This document shows, piece after piece, positions 49,541 to 62,176 of a stretch of 64,000 bases of DNA (position 1 is the first letter of the stretch; the number at the start of each line of letters is the position of its first letter). Source of the stretch: Felis catus (Eukaryota). The stretch is taken from positions 10,976,001 through 11,040,000 of the forward strand of contig NC_058369.1 in NCBI RefSeq assembly GCF_018350175.1, read 5' to 3'. The translations under genes were made by a program, and so were the position numbers. The notes beneath the pieces were generated by a model that did no database searches, was not told the DNA's origin, and saw nothing but the letters and a program-made list of their open reading frames with translations.

Positions 49541-52500
49541 AAAACAATTTTTCTTTCAAAATGACAAACACAGAAGATTCTTGGTGGAGAAGACCTAAAA
49601 CTACCTACATGTGACTCTAACACAGGAGCACGGACTTGCTCTCTACCTGTGATCCATAGATCAGAACATGCAATATCATCACCACCTGGTTGTTTGTAGA
49701 AGGACAAACTCCCTGGAATCCCGGAGACCTGATGAATCAGGTCAGGGCATTTTAACTACAAACTTTGGTGGTTTGTACACACAATGAAGATAGAGCTGTA
49801 TTTTTCACCTACTCACTGTTGACATTTGGAGCTGGGTAAATATTTGTGCTGGGTGCTGTCCTTTGGGTTATAGAGGTTTGACAGCATCCCTTAAGACACG
49901 GCCAAATATCCACAGAGGCAAAATCATGCCTGATTGAAAACCATGGTGCTGAGGTTTGAGAACTGGAAGTATCATGAGAGAAATCCAATTAAGGATTCAT
50001 CCAGTATTACATTTATAACTGTGGTCTTAGGATTTGTAATAAAAATATATATTTGGGGAGAGGAGTTAAGGTGGCAGAGCAGCATGGAGACCCTGAGCTT
50101 GTCTCATCCCTGAAACACAGCTAAATCAGCACGAAACCATTTTGAACACCTAGGAAATGGATCCGATGATTAACACAACAGTCTGCATGACTCGAGCCAC
50201 AGAACTCAGCAGATGCGTGGGGCAGAGAGGTGAACCGGGGGAGAAAAAAAAGCTGCAGAGGGTAGGGAGCCATTTGCAGGGAGAAGACAGAGAGAAAAAG
50301 GGAAAGGGGAAGAGAACAGCACATCAGGATGGTGCAAGAAAAGCAGCTGGAAAGAAAGAGAGAGAAAGAGTGAAAACACTTTCAGGGGAATGGACAATCG
50401 AACTATTGGCACAAAGAAAAGAGAGGGTTTTGGTACCATCGGGATTCTGTATACAGTGGAGTGCAGAGTCTGAAGTTTTGGAGCTCAGTGTCTGAGGGTG
50501 CTCTGGTGAGGAAGCAAGATGAATCCCCAGGATCAGGAGTGGGCCTGAGGGGTGTCACACACAGGAAGAAGTCATCCCCCTGCTTGGAGTGCATTTGGTA
50601 GAGGCCATACGGCCTCCCCATCGGCAAAGGTCCCAGCAGAACCTGGAGAGCAGCCACATTTGCTGGTACTGGGACAAAGACGCCAGAGTGCAGTGACATC
50701 TGGCACCGGCTGTATGTTGTGATTTGCCAAAATCTCTGAAACTCTATCACTGCACAGTCACATGAACATTTTGTGAGACAAACCAGCACCCAGTCATTGT
50801 TCAGTGAGATCCTCCCCCAGAGAGTCAGAGTGGGTCAAAGACACAAGGGTCTCTAAAGTGTGAAGTTTTGAAACACAACCCCATCTGAGATTAAACTCTG
50901 GAGGGAGGTGCTGCCTGACAGGCAGGCAGCTTGGACAGGGACAGGGTAGAGAGGAGGAGTGGGCAGAGGCCTGAGAAAGGAGAGGTTCTTGATCGCAGGT
51001 GGATGAGAGCACGAAGTTCCTGCCACAGAAACTAGGGAAGCGGGTGGAAACAATTTCCATCTCTCACACCTGGATCCACCACAATAAGCCAAGCATCACA
51101 ACCTAATGGAGAACAAAGCCATTACAAAAAGCTCTGCCAACTGCACCCTCCAAGCCCATCCCCCAGTCACTCCACCTGCTTAGTGTACAGACTATAGAGT
51201 ACTTCCTAGTTTCAGTTCTAGGGGAAACTAGGTGAAACCCCATTTGGGTTTCATTCTGTTTGCTGGTTCATTTTTGTTCATTTTCTTTGTTTCTGTTTTT
51301 GTTTAAATTGTTTTTTTATTCTTTCTTTTCTAACTATAACTTGGATAAAGAAAGGAAATTATTTTTTACTTTATTTTTTATTTTTTAAATTTTTTATTCT
51401 ATTTCCGTTTCTTTATTCTATTCTATTACATAAATGTTTTTAATTTTTTCATTTTTCTTACCTTTTTTTCCACTTCCTTTCCCACTTATCTCTATTCTAT
51501 CAAGCTTATTTCAATAAGCAAACCAAAACACACTAGGATCTAACTTTCTTTATTTGATTTTTTGTTTTGTTTTTAATTTTTTCATTTTAATCTTTTAATT
51601 TTTTTCTACCTCCAAAATGAAAGAATGAAGGAATTCATCCCAAAACAAAAAACAGGAAGAAATGATAGCCAAGGACTTAATCAATACAGATATAAGAAAG
51701 ATGTCTGAACTATAATCTAGAACCACAATAAGAATACTAGTTGGTGTTGAAAAAAGCATAGAAGACACCAGAGAATCCTTTTCTGTGGAGATAAAAGAAA
51801 CAAAATCTAGACAGGCTAAAATTTTAAAAGCTATAATGAGAAGTAATCTCAAAAGGATGCCACGATGGCAAGGATGGATGAAGCAGAAGAGGGAATCAGC
51901 TATTTAGAAGATAAAATTATGGAGAATAATGAAGCAGAAAAAAAGAGGGAAACAAAGGCAAAAGATCACAATACAAGACTCAGTGACTTATTATAAGAGA
52001 ATAACATCCAAATCACAGGAATCCCAAAAGATGGAGAGAGAGAAAAATGACAGAAGGTTTATATGACCAAATTATAATGGAAAACTTACCTAACCTGGGG
52101 AAAGACACAGACATCAAAATCCAAGAGGCTTAGAGAATTCCCATTAGATTCAACAAAAACCGACCATCAACAAGGCATATCATAGTCTAATTTGCAAAAT
52201 ACACAGAAAAGATTATGAAAGCAGCAAGGGGAAAAAGTCCTTAACCTATAAGGGAAGACCGATCAGGTTCACATCAGGCCTATGCACAGAAATTTGGCAG
52301 TCCATAAAGGAATGGCAGGATATATTTGATGTGCTGAATGGGAAAACTATGCAGCCAAGAATTCTTTATCCAGCAAGGCTGTCTTTGAAAATAGGAGAGA
52401 TGAAGAGTTTCCCAGAAAAACAGAAACCAAAGGAGTTTATGACCACTAAATCAGCCCTGAAAGAAATTTTAAGGGGGACTCCTTGACTGGAGAAAGACAA

Positions 52501-55097
52501 AACAAAACAAAAAAAGACCAAAAACAACACAGACTAGAAAGGACCAGAGAACATCACCAGAAACACCAACTCTACAGGCAACACATGGTACTAAATTCAT
52601 ATCTTTCAGTACTCACTCTAAATGTCAATGGACTAAATGCTCCATTCAAAAGACATAGGGTATCAGAATGGATAAGAAAGCAAGATCCCTCTTTATGATG
52701 TTCACAAATGACCCATTTTAGACCTAAAGACACCTGCAGACTGAAAGTAAGGGGATGGAGAACAATCTATGATGCCAATGACTGTCAAAAGAAAGCTGAA
52801 GCAGCAATACTTCCATGAGACAAACTAGATTTTAAAATAAAGACTGTAACAAGAGTTGAAAAAAAGGCATTATACCATAATTAAGGGGTCTGTCCACCTA
52901 GAAGATCTAACGATTGTAGCTATTTATGCCCCCATCGTGGACACCCAAATGTATAAACCAATTAATCACAAACATACAGAAACTCACTGATAAGAATACC
53001 ATAATAGTAGGGGACTTCAACACCCCAATAACAACAATGGACAGGTCATGTAAGCAGAAAATCAACAAGGAAACAATAGCTTTGAATGACACACTGGACC
53101 TGATGGACTTAACAGATATATTCAGAACATTTCATTCTAGAGCAGCAGAATACACATTTTTCTCAAGTACACACCTATTCTCCTGAATAGGTCACATACT
53201 AGGACACAAATCAGCCCTCAACAAGTACAAAAAGATCCAGATCATACATCACATATTTTCACGCCACAATGCTATGAAACTCGAAATCAACCACAAGAAA
53301 AAAAATTTGGAAAGACCGTGAATACTTGGAGATGAAAGAACATCCTACTAAAGAATGAATGGATTAACCAAGAAATTAAAGAGGAAATTAAAAAGTACAT
53401 GAAAGTCAATGAAAATGAAAACACCACAGACCAAAATCTCTGCGATGAAGCAAAGGCAGTCATAAGAGAGAAGTATATAGCAATCCAGGCCTTCCTAAAG
53501 AAGGAAGAAAGGTCTCAAATACACAACCAAACCTTATACCTAAAAGAGCTGGGAAGAAAAAAAAAACAGCAAATAAAGCCCAAAACCAGAAGAAGAAGGG
53601 AAATAATAAAGATTAGAGAGGAAATCAATGACATAGAAACCAAAATACCAGTAGAACAGATTAATGAAACTAGGAGCTGGTTCTTTGAAAGAATTAACAA
53701 AATGGATAAACCCCTAACCAGATTGATCAAAAAGAAAAAGGGAAGGACCCAAATAAATAAAATCATGAATTAAAGAGGAGAGATCACAACCAATACTGCT
53801 GAAATACAAACAATAATAAGAGAATATTAGGAGAAATTATATGCCAACAAATTGGGAAATCTGGAAGAAATGGATAAATTCCTAGAAATACATAAACTAC
53901 AAAATCTGAAACAGGAAAAAATAGAAAATTTGAACACACCCATAACCAGTAGAGAAACTGAATCAATAATCACAAATATACTAACAAACAAGAGTCCATG
54001 GCCAGATGGCTATCCAGGGGAATTCTATCAAACATTTAAAGAGTTACCACCTATTCCTTTGAAGTTGCTCCAAGAAATAGAAATGGAAGGAAAACTTCCA
54101 AACTCTTTCTATGAAGCCAGCATTACCTTGATTCCAAAACCAGACAAAGACCCCACCAAAAAGGAGAACTACAGACCAATTTCCATGATGAACATCAATG
54201 GAAAAATTCTCAACAAGATACTACCAAACCGGATCCAACTATGCATTAAAAGAATTATTCACCACGATCAAGTGGGATTTATTCCTGAGATGCGGGGCTG
54301 CTTCAATGTCCACAAATCAATCAATGTGTTACATCACATTAATAAAAGAAAGATAAAAAACATAATCCTATCAATAGATGCAGAAAAAAAGATTTGACAA
54401 ACTACAGCATTTTTCTTGTTAAAAACCCTCAAGAAAGTAGGGATAGAAGGATCATGCCTCAGTATCATAAAGTCCATACAGGAAATACCCCCTGCTAATA
54501 ACATCCTCAATGAGGAAAAACTTAGAGCTTTCCCCCTAAATCAGGAACATGACAGAGATGTCCACTCTCATCATTGTTATTCAAAATAATGTTGGAAGTC
54601 CTAGCCTCAGCAATCAGACAACACAAAGAAATAAAAGGCATCCAGATGGGCATGGAGGAAGTCAAACTTTCACTCTTCCCATATGACATGATACTCCATG
54701 TGGAAAACCCAAATACTGCTAGAACTGATACATGAATTCAGCAAAGTCGCAGGACATAAAATCAACGTACAGAAATAAGTTGCATTTCTATACACCAAAA
54801 ATAAAGCCAAAGAAGGAGAAATCAAGAATTGATCCCATTTACAATTTCACCAAAAACCATAAAATACCTAGGAATAAACCCAACCAAAGAAATAAAAAAT
54901 CTATACACTGAAAACTATAGCAAGCTTATGAAAGAAATTGAATAAGGCACAAAAAAACCCTGAAAAAATTGCATGCCTCTGAATTGGAAGAACAAATATT
55001 GTTAAAATATCAATTCTACCCAAAGCAATCTATAAATTCAATGCAATCCAAATCAAAATAGCACCAGCATTCTTCACAGAGTTAGAACAAACAATCC

Positions 55098-55130
55098 TTT
55101 TTTAATGTTTATTTATTTTTGAAAGAGAGA

Positions 55131-55208
<78 letters not shown>

Positions 55209-55340
55209 CAGAATCTGAAGCAGGCTCCAGGCTCTGAGCTGTCAGCACAGAGCCTAATGTGGGGGTCAAACCCATGAACTGCAAGATCATGACCTGAGTC
55301 AAGGTCAGATGCTTAACCAACTAAGCCACCCAGGTGTCCC
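55098..55340 (-). mobile_element. Can-SINE in L1 ORF2 with (GT)n(GA)n
   Basis: TSD TAGAACAAAC..; interrupts ORF2. Confidence 0.9.
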
Positions 55341-56539
55341 TAGAACAAACCATTCTAAAATTTGTATGGAACCAGAAAAGACCCCAAATAGCCAAAGCAA
55401 TCCTGAAAAAGGAAATCAAAGCTGGAGGCATCACAATTTCGGACTTCAAGCTGTATTACAAAGCTATAATCATCAAGACAGTATGGTCCTGGCACAAACA
55501 CAGACACATAGATCAATGGAACAGAACAGAGAACCCAGAAATGGCCCCACAAATGTATGGCCAACTAATCTTTGACAAAGCAAGAAAGAATATCCATTGG
55601 AAAAAAGAGAGACTCTTCAGCAAATGGGGTTGGGAAAACTCTACAGTGACATGCAGAAGAATGAACCTGGATCACTTTCTTACGCCATACACATTAATAA
55701 ATTCAAAATGGATGAAAGACCTAAACACAAGACAGGAAGCCATCAAAGTCATAGAGGAGAAAACAAGCAACAACCTCTTTGACCTCAGCCGCAGCGACTT
55801 CTTACTTGACATGTCTCTGGAGGCAAGGGAAACAAAAGAAAAAATGAACTATTGGGACCCAATCAAGATAAAAAATACTTCTGCACAGTGAAGGAAACAA
55901 TTAACAAAACTAAAAGGCAACTGATGGAATGGGAGAAGATATTTGCAAACGATGTATGAGATAAAGGGCTAGTATCCAAAATCTATAAAGAACTTCTCAA
56001 ACTCAACACCCAAAAAACAAATAATCCAGTGAAGAGATGGGCAAAAGACATGAATAGACGCTCCTCCAAAGAAGACATCCAGATGGCTAACAGACACATG
56101 AAAAAATGCTCAACATCACTCATCATCATGGAAATACAAATCAAAACCACAGTGAGATACCACCTTACACCTGTCAGAATGGCTAACATTAACAACTCAG
56201 GCAACATAAGTTGTTGGCCACGATGTGGAGAAAGAGGAATACTTTTGCACTGCTGGTGGGAATGCAAACTGGTGCAACCCCTCTGGAAAACAGGATGGAG
56301 ATTCCTCAAAAAATTAAAAATAGAACTACCCTATGACCCAGCAATTGCACAACTAGGCATTTATCCAAAGGGTTCAAAAGTGCCAGGGGCACATGCTCCC
56401 CAATGTTTATAGCAGCACTATTGACAATAGCCAAAGTATGGAAAAAGCCCAAATGCCCACTGACTGATGAATGGATAAAAAAAAGATGTGGTGTATATAT
56501 ACAATGGAATATTACTCGTCAATCAAAAAGGACGAAATC

Positions 56540-56768
56540 GGGGCGCCTGGGTGGCGCAGTCGGTTAAGCGTCCGACTTCAGCCAGGTCACGATCTCGCGG
56601 TCCGTGAGTTCGAGCCCCGTGTCGGGCTCCAGGCTGATGGCTCGGAGCCTGGAGCCTGTTTCCGATTCTGTGTCTCCCTCTCTCTCTGCCCCTCCCCCGT
56701 TCATGCTCTGTCTCTCTCTGTCCCAAAAATAAATAATAAAAAACGTTGAAAAAAAATTTAAAAAAAAA
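56540..56768 (+). mobile_element. Young SINEC_Fc-type SINE in L1
   Basis: Perfect TSD AAAAAGGACGAAATC (56525-56539 / 56769-56783). Confidence 0.95.
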
Positions 56769-57130
56769 AAAAAGGACGAAATCTTGCCAGTTACAACAAC
56801 GTGGATGGAACTAGAGGGTATTATCCTAAGCAAAATAAGTCAGTCAGAGAAAGACAAATAACTTCACTCATGTGGAATGAGTGAACATAGGGGAAAGGAA
56901 GCAAAAATGAGATAAAAACAGAGAGCAAGACAAAACTAAAGACAGTCTTAAATACAGAGAACAAACAGGGTTGCTTGTGGGGTGGTGGGTGATGCAATGG
57001 GCTCAATGGGTGGTGAGCATTAAGGAGGGCAATGCCGGGATGAGCCCTGGGGTTCTATATAAGTAATGAATCATTAAATTCTATTTCTGATCATTTTTAT
57101 ACTATATGTCAACTAACTCGGATTTAAATT

Positions 57131-57145
<15 letters not shown>

Positions 57146-57199
<54 letters not shown>
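57146..57199. repeat. (TA)n microsatellite at the L1 3' junction
   Basis: Direct observation. Confidence 0.95.
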
Positions 57200-57201
<2 letters not shown>

Positions 57202-57860
57202 GGTCTACATCCCCATTTCTGATCCATAGCTCCTAAAATTCTTCCAATATCGTAAGTGATGAGAGTTATAAAGTCGTCTTCCATCAGAGGGGCACCTGGG
57301 TGGCTCAGTCAGTGAAGCATCAACTCATAATTTTAACTCAGGTCAAGATCTCACCATTCAAGAGTTGGAACCTCACATTGGGTTCTGCTCTGACAGTGTG
57401 GAGCTTGCTTGGGATTCTCCCTTGCCCTCTCCCTTTCTGCCCCTGCCCCTCTAACATGAGGATGTTTTCCCTCTCTCTCTCTCTCTCCATCAAAATAAAT
57501 AAATAAACTTTAAAAGAAAAATGTCTTCTGTCAGGATAATGGAGTGACTTTGGGAAAACATCTGAGGAGAGGGGCTGCTTGCCAGGAGGACTAATCATAT
57601 GACTAGAATATGAACTTCACATGCCACCCCCTGACCTGTAGGGATGGGAGAGTCTCTGGAGATTGAATCTAAGCAGCAATAGCCAATGATACAATCAGTT
57701 GTATCTACATCATGAAGCTTCCATAAAACCCAAAAGGAGGGTTCAGAGAGTTTTCAGGTTGGTGAACACATGGAGACAGGTAGAGTGGCATGCCTGCAGA
57801 AGGAATGGAAGCTCCACACCCTCTCCCCATACCTTGCCCTGTGCATCTCTTCTATCTGGC
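57200..57860 (+). mobile_element. MER21-like LTR (5' tip at ~50025-50056, split by the L1), with a SINE at 57288-57515
   Basis: GATTTGTAATAAAAATATATATTTGG|TCTACATCCCCATTTCTG..AGCTCCTAAAA and CCCCATACCTTGCCCTGTGCATCTCTTC resemble MER21 as I recall it. Confidence 0.65.
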
Positions 57861-58034
57861 ATCATCCCTCCCCAAAGGCAGCACAGCTCATGAGGGAAAT
57901 ACTCAAGAGACACGTATAAACTTGAGCATGCACAAGCTCGCCTACTGAGTCCATCATTGGACCACCTAACCTCAGACCTGGAGGTAGAGCTCCAGTTCTT
58001 GGTAGGAAAGATCTAAAAATACCTTACTACTAAA

Positions 58035-58430
58035 ATAGCCTTACTACTCAAAGATGGGTCCACAGACCAGATGGGTGGCATCAGTACCTACTGAGAAATG
58101 GTTACAATTACAGGATCTCTGAGCCCCACCCATGCCCTGCCAAATCAGAGTCCAGATTTGAACAGGATCCCCAAGTGATTCATAAATACATTAATGTTGG
58201 AGAAGTTCTGGTCTAGAGTGGTGTTTCTCAACTTCTCCACTGTTGACACTGTGCTAGATAATTCTCTGTGGTGGGGGCCGTCCTGTGCACTGTATGACAT
58301 GGGGCAGCATTCCTGGCCTGAACCCACTAGGTGCCAGTGGGACCTCCCTAGTTATGACAACCAAAAATTTCTCCCTTATCTTGTCAAGTGTTGTCTGAAA
58401 GCAAAATCGCCCTTGGTTGAGAGCCACTGA
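58035..58430. mobile_element. MER5A-like plus MER20-like DNA transposon remnants
   Basis: TACTCAAAG..AACAGGATCCCCAAGTGATTCAT; GTGTTTCTCAAC..TGACAACCAAAAAT..GGTTGAGAGCCACTG. Confidence 0.75.
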
Positions 58431-58568
58431 CCTAGCGCTTGAGAACTGGAAATATCTTGGTGGATTTCCAGTCAAAGATCTTTCTGCCCTAGTTCATAAC
58501 TCTGGGCAGGTCATTCCACACTTCTGAGCCCCACTTTTAGAACTTTACTTTAATAAGAGTGGACTTTT

Positions 58569-58897
58569 CTTTAATCCCACATGAGTGAAATGATACAGTA
58601 TTTGTCTTTCTCTGATTGGCTTACTTTGCTCAGCATAATGCATTCTAGCTCCACCCACATTTGGGTTGGGGAGAGAAGAAAGGGAAACAAACCAGAAGAG
58701 AATCTTAACTACAGAGAACAAATGAGGGATGAAGGAGGGAAGAAAGTGGGGGATGGGCTAGATGGGTGACAGGGATAAAGCAGGATGCTTTGAGATGAGC
58801 AGTGGGTGTTTTAAGTAAGTGAAGAATCACCAAATTCTATTCCTGAAACCAGTATTACACTGTATGTGAACTAAAAAAAATCTAATTTTTTTTTAAG
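58569..58897 (+). mobile_element. Short 5'-inverted L1
   Basis: Inverted piece ~58569-58658, sense 3' UTR after; TSD AAGAGTGGACTTT (58555-58567) / AAGAGTGGATTTT (58898-58910). Confidence 0.8.
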
Positions 58898-59329
58898 AAG
58901 AGTGGATTTTGTAAAAATGAAATAAGGAATCCCCATAGGTTCCTGAGCTCAGTGTATGGTGCATAAAAAGATTTAAATATATCATATAATTAACAAACTT
59001 TTTACATGGAGCACCAAATGGCAGCTCTCAATTTGTGTCACCAGCATGAATCACTTCATTGGTTAGTCAAAAACATCATGAACACAAGAGCACGGTACCC
59101 ATTTGCTTATTGCACATTAACATACCTCTCTCTCTCTTATTGAGAGGAGAATAGCAATTTTCTAGAGAAACCGGGAAGTCATCTCTGCCATAAGACAATA
59201 CTTTGGAGGTCCATGAGACCTGGTTAGGCAGGTCCCTCAGTCTTAGATTTGGAGAAAACGTTAACTCAAAATTGGGGTAAGATGTAAGGAGGTTAGACCT
59301 CTGGAAGGCCAGAAAGAGCATGGAGAAGA

Positions 59330-59735
59330 AATAACAAAAGTCAGATTCACCTGACTTCTAATCTGGTCTCCTGGGAACAGAGAATTAGCAGGAAAAAAAA
59401 TTCTTTTCTGTCCAGACCAGTGGCCCAGAGGGAAACAAGGTGCTCCAGCGTGGGACTAACAATGGAAACAGCACCTAATGAGCAGACACAGGGAGCTATA
59501 AATATCTCCTCTGCCGTCCTAACCATGGTGATCCTTGTGCAGGACAGGACATGGTTGTTGCTCTCGGATTCCTAAGTCTGGCTGGGGGACCAATGCTTCG
59601 CTCCTTCCTGCTGTCCTGTCTGGGAACAGAGCCTTGGTTTCCATCATCGACCATCCAGGGAAAATTCCAGACCTCCAATCAGAGATGCTCTTCTTATAGA
59701 CTCTTGAGTCCAAGAGCTCAGCAGGTATTTCAGGA
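59330..59735 (+). promoter_or_regulatory. Probable promoter plus non-coding exon 1 of the 62177 OR gene
   Basis: O/E-like TCTCCTGGGAA (59367-59377) and CCCAGAGGGA; TAATGAG 59476-59482; TATAAATA 59497-59504; candidate donor CAG|GTATTT at 59724/59725. Confidence 0.65.
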
Positions 59736-59861
59736 AAGCATCAGAGAGAATGGAACCTGAGACCTTTCCCTGAGGTCACCTGAGAGCCTAACTGGCATGT
59801 CCCAGGGCCGAGAGATTTTTCTTTACTAAGTTGACTATGAAATTTGAAAATAATTTACTTA

Positions 59862-60078
59862 ATTTATTTTTAAAAATTTTTAAGTTTATTTATATATTTT
59901 GAGATAAAGACAGAGAGAGTGAGCCAGGGAGGGGCAGACAGAGAGAGAAAATTCCCACCAGGCTCCACACTTGTCAGTGTGGAGCCAACACAGGACTTGA
60001 CTCACAAACCGTGAGTTGATGATCTGAGCTGAAACCAAGAGTTGGGCACTCAACCAACTGAGCCACCCAGGAGCCCCC
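59862..60078 (-). mobile_element. Can-SINE
   Basis: Typical body. Confidence 0.87.
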
Positions 60079-61113
60079 TTTTTTAATTTTTGTTGTATTT
60101 TTACTTTTTGTTTTTTATACTTAAAAGATTTTTAAAAATAAGTGTTCATTGGACTCAGCAATACAAGGATCATTGTTGACAATGAGTGGTGAGAGTGGAA
60201 GTCCAGTTGGATGAGACTGAGGAAGGAATGGGGGGAGGGGTATAAAGTGGTTCCAGTGAAATGAAAACACATCCAAGGAGTTTTGTAGCTACGGAGGTAG
60301 CAAAACAGAGTATAGGCTTGGAGATACGAGCATGGAGTGGGAGCATTTTACAATTTTTTTCATTTGGGGTGCATTTGGCTTGTTCTGAATTTGTCAGAAG
60401 GATATGCGCTCCTGAAGGTAAATACTCCCTTGTGACAGCAGGTTGTGAGACATATAATCACAGTATCAACTCTCCCATTGATATTCAACAGAAAAAAAAA
60501 AATATAGACTTACTACGCATGAAGGGCTATGCCAAGGAACATTTTAGCCATTATTTTATTACCAAGGAGGCTGAATAGGTTTTAGACTTTGTTAGCCACT
60601 TACTTCCTATATGCAATTTTTTTGGCAAGTATGTTGCTTTTCTGTACCGGGATCTGAGTGTTTTTATTGTTGTTTTATTGTTGTTATCCCGAGATAACAA
60701 AGGAAAGAATACCACCAAGGAAAGTGAGGAAAGGGCCAGCCACATCCACTGTTGGGACACATAAAAACAAGCGTGGTCAAATAGACAGGGAATAGGTACA
60801 TTAATAACAATCAGGTCAGGGGCCTGAGGTGGATACCATGACCAGGCAAGTGGAGTCATCAGCCCGGGCTCCCTGGAGTCTGACTTAACATCAGCACCCA
60901 CACTCACTATATTTTCTCTCGACAACCTGGCTCCTATAATGGACTCTCCATTCACACTGCTTTTTTCCCACATGAGCAGACAATGGCCTTTTACTAAAAC
61001 TATTTTTCCCATTATAGCAGTGGATTCCAATATTTTTTAGTGTCCACAATAGACATGCCTTTGAATTATGATCAAACATGTGTGCACATGCAAACATACA
61101 AATCCACGTGGAT

Positions 61114-61148
<35 letters not shown>

Positions 61149-61160
61149 CATACACACACA
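61114..61160. repeat. (CA)n microsatellite
   Basis: Direct observation. Confidence 0.93.
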
Positions 61161-62152
61161 ACTCAACAAAGAGAATAACCATTCATATGCTAACAGGAAG
61201 GATCTATGCTGAACTTTTTATTTATAGTCACTCAATCTGTCAACCACGTTAAGAGGACGGATACCAGTACTCCCACTATTTCAGTGAGAATATCAACATT
61301 TTAGAATGAACTAGTTGTCTCCCCAAATTCAAACAGCTAATGTTTGAATCCAACGTGGTAGATCCAAGATTCAAAGCTCATTTACCGATTCCAAAATTGT
61401 GCATCTAATATCACTTAGGAAAGTTTGTCACCATTTCACCTTGATAAATCCCCACTAATTTGTATGCTGTATATTTCCTATTGTCCATTGGGGATTCATT
61501 CCTTTTACTCAAATTTCAAGTGGATGTTCATACGTAAAGGTGTCTTGACACCATCAGTATATCACTCATCTCTCTTTGAGAGAAATTGGTTTTTGCTGCT
61601 TTATTAGTTATCTTGGACATCAAGTGGCTATTGATAGGGTTACAAAGCAGTGAGAACCAAGGAAGATTTCTCGTCATCAAAATCTCTCAGGGACCACCTG
61701 GGCTTATGAGATCTCTCTGCCCCCTCTTCCTTTCCTCTGTCTCCTTTTGAGCTTTTTTATACTTCTCTAAATTCAGGACAGAATGGTCATATTAAAATAG
61801 AATGCCACATTTACACATTCATAGGAATGTTACCAATTGGGATTTGGATATTTTTCTATCTTCTTTAGAGTAATGATAACTTGATGTCGAGAGCCTCACT
61901 AATACCCTTTCTTTCCTAAATACTGTAGCTGGAGGTGGGAAAAGCCTGATAACCACATGGTCTCTCTCAATGAGGTCTCTCTTCAAATGTCACCTTGTGC
62001 GTAGATCTTTCTGAACTCCCTGTAAAGAAAACACCCCATCGCTTTCTTTTATGCCTGATTGTTTTCCCACATGTCATTGTATTTATAGCCTTTTTGCCCT
62101 GTTACTAGTGTCTGGTTGTGCTAACATTAATCTTTTTTCCCTGATTTCTAGT

Positions 62153-62176
62153 CACCACCACCACCACCACCACCAC
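62153..62176 (+). repeat. (CAC)8 between the splice acceptor and the ATG
   Basis: Direct observation. Confidence 0.95.

Larger units (their letters stand above)
50057..57145 (+). mobile_element. Full-length (~7.1 kb) carnivore L1, inactivated; 5' UTR, ORF1 remnant from ~51617, ORF2 remnant from ~52585
   Basis: GGAGAGGAGTTAAGGTGGC 5' end; EN motifs (TLNVNGLN, IIVGDFNTP); RT motifs ([17 protein letters not shown]); catalytic FADD altered to FPYD (54676-54687); many stops and frameshifts; A tail. Confidence 0.95.

Noticed and set aside
50057..57145. Active L1
   Set aside because: Multiple stops and frameshifts, FADD changed to FPYD, and two SINE insertions.
59496..59760. Similar short ORFs (..MMETKALFPDR..) at 11.7-12.0, 27.3-27.5, 38.1-38.4 and 59.5-59.8 kb as a small-protein family
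   Set aside because: Frames, starts and lengths are not conserved between copies; the similarity is explained by the paralogous promoter/exon-1 DNA.
60551..61030. 159-aa minus-strand ORF as a gene or retrocopy
   Set aside because: No recognisable domain, a non-ATG start, and location in an inferred OR intron; origin unidentified, so a BLAST search would be needed to reconsider.
62051..62176. 42-aa extension with His8 as a real N-terminus or a cloning tag
   Set aside because: Crosses the intron acceptor; the His run is a (CAC)8 microsatellite that grew from the paralogous CCACCAC 5' UTR.
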